A stretch of 64,000 nt of DNA from positions 46,438,001 to 46,502,000 of the forward strand of contig OZ024746.1 of the NCBI GenBank assembly GCA_964016885.1. The letters are read 5' to 3'. The position numbers and the translations under genes were made by a program. Positions 42,603 through 55,910 of the stretch are shown in pieces. Position 1 is the stretch's first letter; each line of letters begins with the position of its first letter. The notes under the pieces were generated by a model, which saw nothing but the letters and a program-made list of their open reading frames with translations, was not told the origin of the DNA and ran no database searches. The DNA is from Eledone cirrhosa (Eukaryota).

Positions 42603-43202
42603 GAGAGAAGGCTACGTTGGTATGGTCACGTGATGCGCATGAAAGACGACAGCTGTATAAAAAAGTTCAGGGCAATAAAGATAGATGGTAGCCACGGAGT
42701 AGGCAGACCCAGAAAAACCTGGGACGACTTGATAAATTCCAACCTCACACACTTACACCTCTCCAAGACAATGTCACTGGACCGAGATCTTTGGCGGTAC
42801 TCAGTAATAGAGAAGACCCGCCTTACCTAAAAACAAAGTAAAACCTACTACAGTCAGTAGGCACCTCTAACAAAATACACCCCCGTCCCACCACCCCCAC
42901 CCCATCCACACCGCCCCTTTCAATGTAAAGTTATGTTGGTGCCACACCATCCAGGCCAAAACAAATAAGGTTGTGTAGGTGTCACGACAAAAAAAAACAC
43001 ACAGTCCACGCTGTAATGTGGCCGTGTAGGTAACACAGTAAAAACCTCCCAGTCCCACACTGTAAATGTGGTTGGTGTTAGGAAGGGCATCCAGCTGTAG
43101 AAAACCCGCCAGACAGTCCTATGCGAGCAAGACAACCACTCTTGCCTCAAGTGGGAAAACTCCCGTCCAAACCCATGCAAGCGTGGAATATGGACGTTAA
43201 AC

Positions 43203-43233
<31 letters not shown>
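42603..43233 (+). mobile_element. RTE-derived element with extended 3' region and (TGA)n tail
   Basis: RLRWYGHVMRM..GVGRPRKTW..DRDLWR; AGGAAGGGCATCCAGCTGTAGAAA; ggacgttaaacgatgatg. Confidence 0.85.
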
Positions 43234-45347
43234 GGATTCAATTCAGAACCACATAATTGTAAAGTAAATTTTTTAAATACAAACCATGCAAATTTAGGTC
43301 CTATTTTGTGTAGTGTTACATATGTATGTAGGATCCTGTCTATTCACCCAAAACATGTAACCCATTTTTGTCTCGGTGAGAAATTTTAATATTGCAGCTT
43401 TCCATTATGCTGCGTAATAAGAAAACTGATTTGCCATTTTGCTTCTACTAATGGGGCTCTGTATTGGTTAATTGTAAACCATTAGCTGTGAATAGTATTC
43501 CTAAGATGTTACTGACATATTTAATCTCATTATAACTTCTAATCAAAGCAAGGAATCCTACTCATGCACAAGTTGACTTGCATTCAGCAGTAACCAACAG
43601 ATTCCAAGATACTAATTTCCCCGTGAACTGATCTACGAGAATGAGCCTTACACATCATCCAATGACAATTAGCTTTATTTAGATCATCTTAATGCTCAGA
43701 AGTAAGCATCCAAAGAAACCAGCATATTTTTACAGCTGCGCAATATCAATTAATGCATTTCTGAGCCAAGCTGTTAATATAAACAGTCATACTTCATGAC
43801 ACACATTGCCTGCACTTTTCTATTATTTCTATACCTTAATGGGTGCATACTGTATGTGCATATGTATACACACATATATATTAATATACATGCATACATA
43901 TTTACATACTTACATACAAAATGGCATAATCATTCAAAAAGCTATATTTGGTTTTTATATATGAATCCATATTTATTTTTGTTGCAATAGGTAAAGCTGT
44001 GAATATCCTTCTGTCAACAATATGATACATTTAAGAAATTATTGTGATGAAATCCATTTACATTTGAACTGATTCATATCTATAATATCCAAAAAATTAC
44101 GGTCACAAGTACCAACTGTTATTACAACTCTTGTGAAGTTAGCCAATCTTTGAAACAAAATGCAGACAAAATCTTACATAGAAGAGAATGGTATTAATGT
44201 AAACAAGCTTCTGACACCACCATCGCCTTAACTCATATATCTCTGCATGAAACTAATCTGGCAGAGATTACTGTCGAATATACAGCTTAAAATCAATTTA
44301 AAAACACAGCAGGAGAATGATTTTTTCCAATTTGCCTCAGCTATCATTAGATAACAGACCGTGTTGTATGAATGAATGGAAAAAACAAAACAATCATTCT
44401 CATTGGTAGTTATTGACAATAATGGCATACAGCTGCTATCACCCTGAAAAAACACCTAGGAGATAATTGCAGTGCAACTGGTAATAAAATAACTCAATGT
44501 AAAGAACTCATGTAGATTGCAACAAGAGAGGAAAATATCAACAACATGCCATGAAGAATTGAACACTTAGAAGACAGAATATGATGTATAATGAATAACA
44601 AGTTTACAGTGAACCAACGATATCACATGAAAAATCTAACTATGATATGTAGCAATTATCTTGAGAAAATGTATAATGTAAGAGCATGAAAATAAAACAC
44701 TGAGTACAAAACTATAATATTGAAAACAGCTACTTCAAAGAGCCAATTTGAATATTTATGTTAACCCATATTCTGTAAAATATTAACCCTATAAGTAGAG
44801 CTCCTGTTTTGGAAGATATTAAATTAAGTTCATAATAGATATGGAATAAAAAGGATTTCAACCATCATGCACCATGCTTGAATATACACAGCGTGGAATA
44901 CATTATCAACACAAGTAGTAAATCCTAAACCATAAACACTAAAAGTTTAACTCATGTTGTGGAAAAGATATATAATTAGAAGGCATCAGAAAGTGACTCA
45001 ACATTTCACATTCTAAGGAACGTCATTCTTGTATATATTTAAAAGAGTTATAAAAGGCCAAACTGAGTTGCCATAACACAGACAAATCTTGTTGCCAAAA
45101 ATACAAATATCCATTTGGTAGAAAATTATAGGGTTATTACTTACTTTTAAGCTGTCTCAATCAATTTCCTAAGACCATTACGAGTGTAACAAGGCAATGA
45201 TTGATGATCAGGCAAGTGAAAAAAACAAACAAACAAAACCAAGTGCAGGGATATATGAAACCACTATTGAATAACATAGCTGACATAAAAACAAAAAATA
45301 TTTAAAACCATTGTGGTTTGTTTACAGATAGTCATTTGACTGTTTAC

Positions 45348-45620
45348 CACAAATTGGTGTTGAACTCACTGAATTTTTCAGCCATACATGTTGCTGCAGT
45401 TTGTATCATTAAAATTCTTACAAATACCTGGTCAACAATCCCAAATTTTCTATCAGAAAACACAATTGTCTCCAATATTAAATATCTTTCCAATAAATAT
45501 TGCAAACAGACAGGGGCCTTCGACTGGTTGCAAAAGCAAACAAATAACTGTTGAAGAAATTGTTCAAGACTGGTGAGAAAGAGAGTGACTTTATCTAGTT
45601 CAAGGTGGTTAGAACTGATC
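45348..45620 (-). CDS. Candidate internal coding exon of an unidentified host gene
   Basis: 273-nt stop-free non-repetitive frame (ISSNHLELDKVTLF...EFNTNL) bounded by ttttAG and GTaaac, phase-symmetric; no recognised domain and no partner exon found. Confidence 0.3.
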
Positions 45621-45753
45621 CTAAAATATTGAACCTCACAGAGGAATTGATGATAGAATGTCACATGTGAATGGAGGTTGTGTTTGAATGGATTCATTCA
45701 ATCCATGCAAAGAGAAAAATGGACATAAAATGATGTTGATATGAGTCTGTGTG

Positions 45754-45827
<74 letters not shown>

Positions 45828-45830
<3 letters not shown>

Positions 45831-46910
45831 ATAATAATAAATTTGAAGACTAAAATCCAAAGAGGGCTCGATAAGGATAAATATATATCAAATATATAAG
45901 AAGCAATATATATAAGAGCAAATATTTATTAAAATAACAGATTAAAGTTTAAGCAGAGAATCGCTGCTTTCACCCTTAACGGGATCTTCTGAAACTAACA
46001 AAGTCAATCTGTGAACGCAGAAGTGAATATTTCAAAAAACGTTGCAACCGGAGGAAGACAGGAAGACGATACTTTGGTTCGTGGAAACGTTCCCTGGCAA
46101 AGAACGGGAAAAAGAATATAATGCGTCATTATTTGGAGCAGTGAAAAACAATTACACGCAAAGACAAAATCACGTTTATGGTATAAAAGAAGTCGTAGAC
46201 TAATATTCTATTAGGTGGTTCATAGAGACGTTCTCTGGCAATGAACGGAAAAAACGAAGATAATACGTCATATGTGGAGCGTGGAGAACAATTGCACGCA
46301 AAGACAAAACCACGTAAATGGTATAACTGAAGTCGTAGACTAAAATTCTAACTATGAAACCGAATGATTCTCGGCTTCAGAGTTAAGAATAAAGTAAATA
46401 AAATACAGAGGTAATTGAAATTAAATAAATACATACACGCATCCATAACGTACATACACAAGCATACGCGAAAACACTCGCCATAGGTATACAAATACAC
46501 GCACATATATATATGTGTGTGCGTGTATACAAATAATTAAATAAACGTATATAAATAAATAAATACATATATAACAAGCGTACACACATACCTACATGTA
46601 AATACACATATGTTCGGAGACGTACATCAACCAAAACACGAAGTACACATATACCCACACCCTACATACGTACGAACCCGCATACTCACACAGACGCAAA
46701 ACTCACGTATACACATAACCAAAAGCATATGTACCAGAATATATAAAATATACGCCATAACATATACAATCAAATATACGTACGAGAAAGTATACGTACC
46801 TTCACAAAGCATACAGGTAATATATACTTACCTATACAAATAAGTAATGGTATAATCATAACATATACATAGCTACCACATCAAGACGTAAAATATCCAC
46901 GTATTTGGTT
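45828..46910 (-). mobile_element. Longer copy of the 8079-8616 PLE-type terminal repeat
   Basis: Colinear with 8079-8612, same (TA)n-abutting end; right boundary uncertain. Confidence 0.72.
45946..45996 (-). ncRNA. Hammerhead-like fold with variant core (CAGAAGA), second copy
   Basis: Same as 8188-8238; stem III here is a perfect AGCAG/CTGCT. Confidence 0.55.
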
Positions 46911-48409
46911 TGAATTATTTCAAATACATTTAGATTACTGAACTATGTAGCTAGCATTTTCCAGTCCTATTGTTACAGCAATTAATTGCACCCTTGGTTT
47001 GAAAAAGGAAATACAAAGAGAATGTTCATTTTCCTTTTAGCTTCCTAGCATTGAAAGACATTCACAAAATAACCTTCTTCTTTGTCCATTTATTCAAGAG
47101 AGGGTCTTGGAGGCAGAGTCATCAAACATATGAGTGATTTAGAATGAAATACTCAAAGTGAAACTGAGTATGTATATAACTATGTTTTGTTTCATTTTGG
47201 AACACATTAGGGACCGATTTCCCAAAGGAGACACATTATATATACTTGTTGGCAGGAAGAATGGTAGTTATAGGAAGAATGGTAGTTGTGTTGGAATTGT
47301 TTAAATGCTGCAGAACTACAAATACAAAAGTAGATATTAGGTGGGAGAGCAAAAAGGTAATGATACTTTTGATGACAATGATGAGGATGATTGTAGTGGT
47401 GGTCATGGACATGATGGTTTAAGAGTGATCCTGATGATAGCAGATGAAAATAAAGAGACATTCATAGAAAGGGGGTGATGAAGACAATGTTGGTAATTAT
47501 GCTGATTATGTTCTTAGTGGAGTGATAATAATGTTGGCAGATAAAGAAATATTAAATGTAAAGAAAAGTTCAATGATGCTGATGGTGAAAATTAAGGTGA
47601 TGGTCACGATAAAAATAATGCTATTAATAAAAGTGTGTCTGAGAATAATAAGGATAGGAAGATGATGATGATGATGATGATGATAGCGGCTGTGATGAAG
47701 ATAGTCAGTGTCATCATAATCATCATCATTATTATCAGCATTGTGGGGTTAACCCAATCAAGTGACCATATCCTGTTCATACTTTCCATTTTTGGTCTTG
47801 CTCATATGTTCGAAGCCCAAAAGGGAATGTATGAGCAGGACATGGTCACCTGATCAGTCTAGCTTTAGGACATGATGAGCCATTTAAACAGTGATGATTC
47901 TACCCACAGCCACTTTATCTTTATGTCTTTTCTTTTATTTTTTTTAAATCTATCAGCTACTTTTATGGAACCTTCTGCAAGATGTATATTTCAATAGTGT
48001 TCTTACTATGAGCTATTTCTGTGCATATTCCACATACAAGGTCTACATCTTCTGATAGTCTGCCTACAATCCAACTAAACCTCTTGTGTGCCTATATTTT
48101 ACATTATGTACACTTTATGGAATGCCTACGTACTTCTTTTTTTACAAATAGAGCAGGGTGATATACACACATAACATCCATGTGTGTGTGTTATAATACT
48201 TGACATTTTTGTTTACCAATTTAAATATGAATGAATCAACTTACTAGTTTGAATTATATTTTCAGCCAGTAAATCCATAGTTAATTACAGTGAAGTATTA
48301 TTAGTGCTTCTAAAATAATCTCTTCTCTAATAAACCTTTTGAAATAGGATGATTCTTTTTGATACACAATGTATAATTCAGGTTATCTGATGTTATCTAT
48401 ATTTCAATA

Positions 48410-48594
48410 GGGCGGTGGATTGGCAGTATCGGTAGAGGGTCGGACGCCATGCTTTCTAGCATAGTAACGTCCCTTTACAGTCTGAGTTCAAATCCCGCCG
48501 AGGTTAACTTTGCCTTTCATCCTTACGGGGTCGATAAAATAAAGTACCAGTAATGTACTGGGTAATTGCTGGCCTTGTGCCTAAAGTAGAAATA
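48410..48594 (+). mobile_element. Full-length tRNA-derived SINE (octopod type, Nin/Deu-like central block)
   Basis: A-box-like TGGCAGTATCGG, B-box GAGTTCAAATCC, GCCTTTCATCCTTACGGGGTCGATAAA; 18-bp TSD gttatctatatttcaata. Confidence 0.92.
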
Positions 48595-50720
48595 GTTATC
48601 TATATTTCAATATTTCTTCCTCATCTTAACATAATATAGATGGAATAAACATACATATACACAAGTGTTTGTTTGGATCTAAGTATTAGATTTATGGTCA
48701 GTATTCTATATAAAGGTGTGGAAAATCTCTTTATAACTACTAGGTGCAGTAGTGTTTTAAATTGGACTGAAATATTTCCTATCAGTTTATGTATGTTTAT
48801 ATGGGTTAGATACTTCTAGAAATATTGATTTGCAGGATTGTTAGATCATTCCACAAAATTATTGCAGTTTTTAGTTACTGGCTGGTTTTATATTTTGAGT
48901 TCGGATTCTGCTGAGGTCAGTTTTACATTTTGTACTCATAGAATCATTAAAAAAATACCTATCAAGTTCTGATATCAAGTCAATGTTCTCATAATGTATC
49001 ATAGATGTGCATGGAATTCAAATAGAAACAAGATATTATCATTAATATTTGGAATACTGATTTGTCGAAGATTCCATCTAGATGAATTATAAATAGTATT
49101 GTATCCTAATATCTGCAAATGGTTATTATATGTTTTCACAAAATATATATGGTGATAAAAACTTTTTTTGAAGTGTGCACTACAATAACAATTTTCTCTG
49201 TGTATATCCAATTAAGAATATGTACATCATATTCCTATATGTTGTAACAGGTGATAAGAAGTGTAGGTGTCTTCAAACAGAATCAATATCTATCATAAAG
49301 GCTGACATGTCTAACCTCTGTTTAAGCAAGAAAAAAAAGGCTTTAAAATGTTGATTGTTTTATTTCACTAACAACTTCTATACACACAAATACACTTTTC
49401 TGATTTTTGAAACAATTTGTTTTATCAGTTAAGCATTTCATATTATATATAAATTAATTGAATAAAAAAACAAAAACAGTTTAACATATATTCAACTCTG
49501 TACAAGTTTACTTACTACACTTTATAGAAAAAACATTAAAATGTAGATTTTGCGAAGTTGACAATGAATCATTAAATTAATTTGATAAACAGATGCTTTA
49601 ATACTTTGCTTATATATATTGTTTAATTTAGGAAAGTTGGTTGATCAGATAATCCACAAAAAAAAAAAGTTAATGAGAGGGAGAAAAATATAGATACATA
49701 TATATATATCTTTCTCTTTCCCTCTCATTAACTTTTTCTTTGTTATCCTTTATTATATTAATGTTGATCTATTGATTTCATGATTTGCTATAATTTGAAA
49801 ACTATTTATTTCTTCAGTTTAATATATTTAATCTAAACATTCAAATTACAGGACCTGTTTCTCTTATTCCATAAATATCATGTGATGCATCACACCACAC
49901 ATACACATCACATACACATATAGTAAAACAGGTAACAAGCATACATCAAACTCGTGATGACAAACACGAAATCATTGTCTGAAATATTATATCATGTTTT
50001 ATATTGATGGTGATTAAATCGTGGTTTGCTTGATTCAATTCAACATGGGCTCGGTAACCAAAACTAAATGAAGAAATAAAGAAACAAATGGACACCTTTA
50101 AATTTCCATATCTCAAAAGCAAATTCTAGAGTAGATTGTGTGTGCTTAATGGTTGCTTAGTAAAAAAATTCTCTGAATTTTGCTTTAATGTTGCTTTCTC
50201 TGGTGGAAACCACTTTTCGATTAGTTTTCAGTAAATTCATCTATCAGCACAGAATAAAGAATTTGGAATGAACTTATTTTATTATTATTTTTGGGAAAGT
50301 TTGTTTTTAAATTTTAGTGAGGAATATTTAGAAGGATATGATTGCAATCATGCTAGAAGTAGATGATGTTGTAAAAGCCAATTTATTCCTTGGTATGTGT
50401 AAGAGGATACAGAATGTGTTGTTGGTGATGTTGGTAATGGTGGTGGTATTGATAAAACAGATAGTGGTGGTTTTATACTGAATGTCAAATTGCTGTGGTG
50501 AGAGATGGAAAATAATATTGGTAATTAAACTGAATATTGATATAACTTGTCAGTGCTGGTGGATGTTGTATATCGAATATGAGATGGGTTTTTTTTTTGT
50601 AGCGGATATTAAAGTAGTAATAGTAGTGGTGGTCATAGTGGTGGTGGTGGTAGGGGTTGTTGATGTTCATGTTGTTGTTGGTGGTGGTGATGGCAGCAGC
50701 AGCAACAGTAGTAGTAGTAA

Positions 50721-50759
<39 letters not shown>

Positions 50760-51431
50760 CAGCAGCAGTAGCAATAGTAATAGCATCACTAGTAGTGGTA
50801 GAAGTTGGCCGTGGGGTTCTTAAGTAGTGGAAATTGCAATAAGAGAGCTGGGAATAATGAAAAAAGTATATGTATGTTTATATTATTTAACAGGGAAGAG
50901 ACAATGTTAGAGAATCACTGATGCAAGTTTGCAGTGTTATGTTAACAGAAAGATAGCAATAGGGAATGGTTTTACTGTTGTTTCTGTTGTTTAATCTAAT
51001 CTAATCTAATCTGGCCGAGTTTACACTCGCAAATAAGAAGAACCAGAGCCACCCTTAGGAGCATTGGATTTGGTGTACTTCATATTTGTTTCAGTTGCTG
51101 AATACAATCAGGGGTTGTTGCTTCTCCTAAAGGTCAATAGTTCTCTTCTAACTTGAGCTGGAGCGCTTTTCCATTGTCAATTTGCATTGATCATCTGCAA
51201 AGCTTCATTGTTCTCAGAACCACTACACCAGTCTTTTGATGTGTGCAGCTGGAACTACTGTCACCCATTGATTTGGCAGGATTTTTTTTTTTAGAAAGGT
51301 TTTGTTTTTTGTCCTGCAATGTGCCCTGTTGTTTAAACCTAGGTCAACCATGATTAAGCATATCTATGACAAAAAACCTTTAATCTGTGACCATCTCATC
51401 GTTTTTATTTTCTCTGAGATAATGTAACCCC

Positions 51432-51780
51432 TTCTTCTTGCTCTTACTCAATGAGGCTAGGATCATCCTAAGCGATTGATCCCAAAGCGTCATTGTTCAT
51501 AGAGCTGACCAGGTCCACCAGTGCCCTCCATTGCTGGCGCTCCTGTGCCAGCAATGCATCCTCCAAGGTGATGTCGAGCCTCCAGAGATCTTCTCTGATG
51601 ATATCCAACCATATGTTGTGGGGCCTGCACCATGTTTCCAACAAAGAGTTGGAAATGTGGTTGTCCCATCTAATGTTTTTGATGGTCATCAGGGCTCTGC
51701 AATTGAAGCCGCCAATCCTCTTTGCCACGATCTTTGTGAGGGGTCACGTTTCTGGGTTACATTATTCAATGTGAAATTTA
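51432..51780 (-). mobile_element. Degenerate LINE (RTE-like) 3' fragment
   Basis: RP..IWLDIIREDL...LAQERQQWRALV C-terminal motif; (AAG)n tail. Confidence 0.6.
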
Positions 51781-51925
51781 CTGTAGGATGGTGGAATGTA
51801 ATTTAGAGGCAATTTTACAGTTATATAGGTTGAGCAATCACATTGAGACTTCCTCAATATTGACATAAATTGATTAGTATTAATACAAGATGTGGTTGTT
51901 ACAATGGTTATCAAAATAGTTGCTT

Positions 51926-52250
51926 TCATCATCGTCATCCTTTTTACATCCATTTCTTCATGCTTGCATGGGTTAGACATATCTCTTTGAGGACAATGGC
52001 TCCATCTAATGTGTTTCTTTACCACCTCAGTGAGGTTCAGTGTTTTGAAATCAAATCTCGTCACTTCTGCTCAGGTTTTCCTTGGGCCTCCTCCATTGCA
52101 GTTTGCTTCCACAGAAACTCCTATCACTTCTTCACACAATGATCATCATCCATTGCCCTACCACTGCTCACTTCCATCTTCTACACTACATATGATTCCT
52201 ATTATACTCAGTTTCTCTCTCAACTCTCTTAATTCTAATTTTCTGTAATA
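51926..52250 (-). mobile_element. Degenerate RTE fragment
   Basis: (CAT)n tail end, catgggttagac, ggttttccttgggcctcc (GxPRKT). Confidence 0.65.
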
Positions 52251-52539
52251 CTAGTGTTCAGTGTAGTTGGGTGTGAATGGTCTAACAGCACTACTTTCTT
52301 TCCTTGGATGTTTTAGTATGAAAAAATGACCTTTTCATTACTACCATGACTAATAAGACCTTCAATTGAACTCAGGTGAATATCCAGCTGATTCCCTCCA
52401 GCATAACTGCTGAAATTATTATTCCCTACCTAAATTATCATCATCATCACCCACCACCACCATTATCATCATCGTGGACTGAACCTTCCCACAAATTTCT
52501 GGCCCAGTGTATTATGTTAACTTTATTATTATGGACTGG

Positions 52540-52708
52540 GAGTATTAGTAGTGGGTCAGATGCCATGCTTTTATGCATAGAGTTATGGCTATTCTGAGTT
52601 CAAATCCCGCCGAGGTTAACTTTGCCTTTCATCCTTACGGGGTCGATAAAATAAAGTACCAGTAATGCACTGGGTAATTGCTGGCCTTGTGCCAAAAGTA
52701 GAAACAAT
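52540..52708 (+). mobile_element. SINE
   Basis: Family match. Confidence 0.85.
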
Positions 52709-52988
52709 TATTATTATTGTTGTTGTTATTATTATTGTTATTGTTGTTTCTAGTTTTCATAAAAAAATATGGTTTAGACTTGACAGAACTAATTAATGTT
52801 ATGTTATAATTTAGGGTTTAATTAAAGAAATAACAATAATATATAAATATAATTCATTTTAAAATGTGCTCTCCATCTAAAATCAAAACAGACTAATTAT
52901 CTAAAAGGAAATTTATTTGTACAATAAATTTCTCCGGGTTATTCAATGAAAGAGAAAAATAATACGATATAATATAATATAATATATA

Positions 52989-53176
52989 ATTGTTTCTACT
53001 ATTGGCACAAGGCCAGAAATTACCCAGTACATTACTGGTACTTTATTTTATCGACCCCATAAGGATGAAAGGCAAAGTTAACCTTGGCGGGATTGAACTC
53101 AGAATGGCAAGGGCCGTAACTCTATGCGTCAAAGCATGGCGTCCGGCCCTCTACCGATACTGCCAATCCATCGCCC
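52989..53176 (-). mobile_element. SINE
   Basis: Family match, within (AATAT)n. Confidence 0.9.
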
Positions 53177-53251
53177 ATTAATATAATATATAATATAATA
53201 TATAATATAATATAATATATAATACAATACAATACAATATAATATAATATA

Positions 53252-53430
53252 ATTGTTTCTACTTTTTGGCACAAGGCCAGCAATTATCCCAGTGTATTAC
53301 TGGTACTTTATTTTATCGACCCTGTAAGGATGAAAGGCAAAGTTAACCTCAGCGGGATTTGAACTCAGTCCGTAACTGTGCTTCAAAGCATGGTGTCCGA
53401 CCCTCTACCGATACTGCCAATCCACCGCCC
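53252..53430 (-). mobile_element. SINE
   Basis: Family match, within (AATAT)n. Confidence 0.9.
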
Positions 53431-54818
53431 TATATAATATAATATAATATAATATAACATAAAATAAAAGAAACTGTGACATGCTAGTCAAAAGACACAA
53501 AATACAGAATAATTATAATGAACAAGTACAGTTTAGCTATCCAACAGAAAGTGATTACTTAAAGACAAATGTTAGAATAAATACAATTTTTTCTTTGTCT
53601 TTCCACATTTCTCGTGAAATATTCTCATTAATATTAATTAAATAGAACTCCATAAATATGTGCATGTATAATATTCTTACTAAGTGACACATAGCTTCCT
53701 TGTTTGATTGCCTTTTAAATGTTATGTCAATTTTTCCAATTCTGTTGCTATTATGTTAATTTTGGATCCTCTGAAGAAAATAGTTGTATAAACCTTACCA
53801 CAGAGCCACATCAAACATTCTCATCCCCTACACTCCCAAAGTGTCTTGATGAGTCACACACACAAACTATATCTCCTTGAACAACACCCAACCATCTTAA
53901 AAAAGGGATGTTGTAGAATGTAATGCTAAACAACAACAACCGTTTCATCTTTTAAATCCTGTATTCAACTGCAATCCCCAGGAATTCCTTCTTCGGCCAT
54001 ATGATTTTACTTAAAACATACAAAAATATCAATGTCCTCTTTTTTCAAAGATGTGAAGAAGTTTTTGTTGTTATTTTTAGCAGTTTGTACTGCAGCATAC
54101 ACCCCCCCCCCCCCACACACACACACAACAAACACTTCATTGACTTGTCTTTGCTATGCTCTTGCAAGGCAAGCAACAGGAGCATTATATAATTGAGCTT
54201 AGCATTGTATAAGTGTCAATGCTAAGTTCAAATTCTTCCAGTGTAAATATAAATTGATTTGTCAATGATGGCCTCCAGTTCTCTGGCTTGCAGCATTGAA
54301 TATGCTAGATAAAAATAAATGACAATTATGAGTTATAAAAAATTATCAGTGGTCATCTAAGAAATATTAGTAATACACTATGATGAAATGATGAGTCAAA
54401 AAGAATGAATGACAGCAGTGGTTAAATATCTGGTATTTTATTTAACAAGAAAGGAATGGTTAAGAATTTTCTGTTGACATCTCATGAAATATTTCAGGAA
54501 TGCAAAAGTTATTGGTATTTGATTCCAAATCAGACTTGGTTAAGCAGACCTTTAATTTACAACATACCTGCCCTAATCACCAAAAAATGTCAAAGGAAAG
54601 ATAAATTAGAATGAGTTGATTTGCTGAGAGGATCAAAACATTTAGCATGCCAGACACTTGTTCTTTGTAAAAAAAGATTATAGAAGCTAATAAAAATGTA
54701 AGAGAAAGTCTGTATAGATTTTACAATTTGGATGTTAGTTAGAATAATGATAAAATATTAACATGGGACCTAAATGGATTAGAAAGAAGGAAAACTGAAA
54801 AAAAAACATTATTATATA

Positions 54819-55005
54819 ATTGTTTCTACTTTAGGCACAAGGCCAGCAATTACCCAGTGCATTACTGGTACTTTATTTTATCGACCCCGTAAGGATGAAA
54901 GGCAAAGTCAACCTCGGCGGGATTTGAACTCAGATCGTAAAGGGACGTAACTATGCTTCAAAGCATGGCGTCCGACCCTCTACCGATACTGCCAATCCAC
55001 CGCCC
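54819..55005 (-). mobile_element. SINE
   Basis: Family match; TSD tatataat. Confidence 0.92.
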
Positions 55006-55798
55006 TATATAATAATTGCTAACCTTATGTCTAAGCTATCATTAATAAAAATAAAAATTAAATTTAAAAAAAAACAAGAGAGGTGACTAAAAAAATAAAA
55101 ATAAACTATATTATACAGTCAAGTACAAAAAATGATCAATAATCAAATATATATATAAATGTGTGTGTGTGTGTGGGCGGAGGGTATATTAAATCAGTTG
55201 AGTAAAGCAAGGCCAATGTTAAAGATAACTTCTCCGGAAATTATGATATTGAAAAGGAGATTAAATAAGGCATATGAGATAAATTGACATAAGAAATTCA
55301 CACATCAATATTTTCAAATAAGAAACATAAAATAAGCAAATTATTTAAATTTATTGAACTAACCTCAGTAGAATAAGATCAATATAGTGGGAGGGGGATG
55401 TGTGTCAATACAAACAGCAAAATTAAATTACTTGACAGGCTTAATTATGATATTAAATTTTAAATGTCTGTTTATATACATATGTGCAAATAAGTAAATA
55501 CACACAAACACACACACACACACACAGATATGGACGTTAAATTGTTAAACAGTGATGATGACGATGATATACACACATACACGTGTGTGTATGTGTGCAT
55601 GCGTGCGCATGTGTGTGTGTGTGTGAGGGTAGATAAGGTTTTCTTTATATATATCAAGAATGAATGATTAAACAAGATAACTGCACACCAGTTATGTTAA
55701 AGCCAATAAATTCTTATTCTCCTTTTTCGCCAAAGTCTATATTTTTCTTGGTGCAATACTTGATTATATATATATATGCATGAAATATATATATATAT

Positions 55799-55910
55799 GC
55801 GGAGTGGTTAGAGAATTAGATTCACAATTGTGAGATTGTGATTTTGATTCCCAGACCAGGCGATGTGTTATGTCCTTGAGTAAGACACTTTATTTCACAT
55901 TGCTCCTTCT
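55799..55910 (+). mobile_element. Older tRNA-derived SINE head (different family)
   Basis: A-box-like GGAGTGGTTAG, degenerate B-box, tgtccttgagtaagacactt block. Confidence 0.55.

Noticed and set aside
44228-44455. Next exon downstream of the 45.5-kb candidate
   Set aside because: The phase-compatible frame stops after about 10 codons and the longer frame has no recognisable homology
48410-48500. tRNA gene
   Set aside because: A/B-box-bearing SINE head without a complete cloverleaf, repeated with a SINE body and TSDs
50482-50823. Poly-Val/Ser ORF (also poly-Ala/Thr at 61971-62249 and poly-Met ORFs)
   Set aside because: Trinucleotide microsatellites
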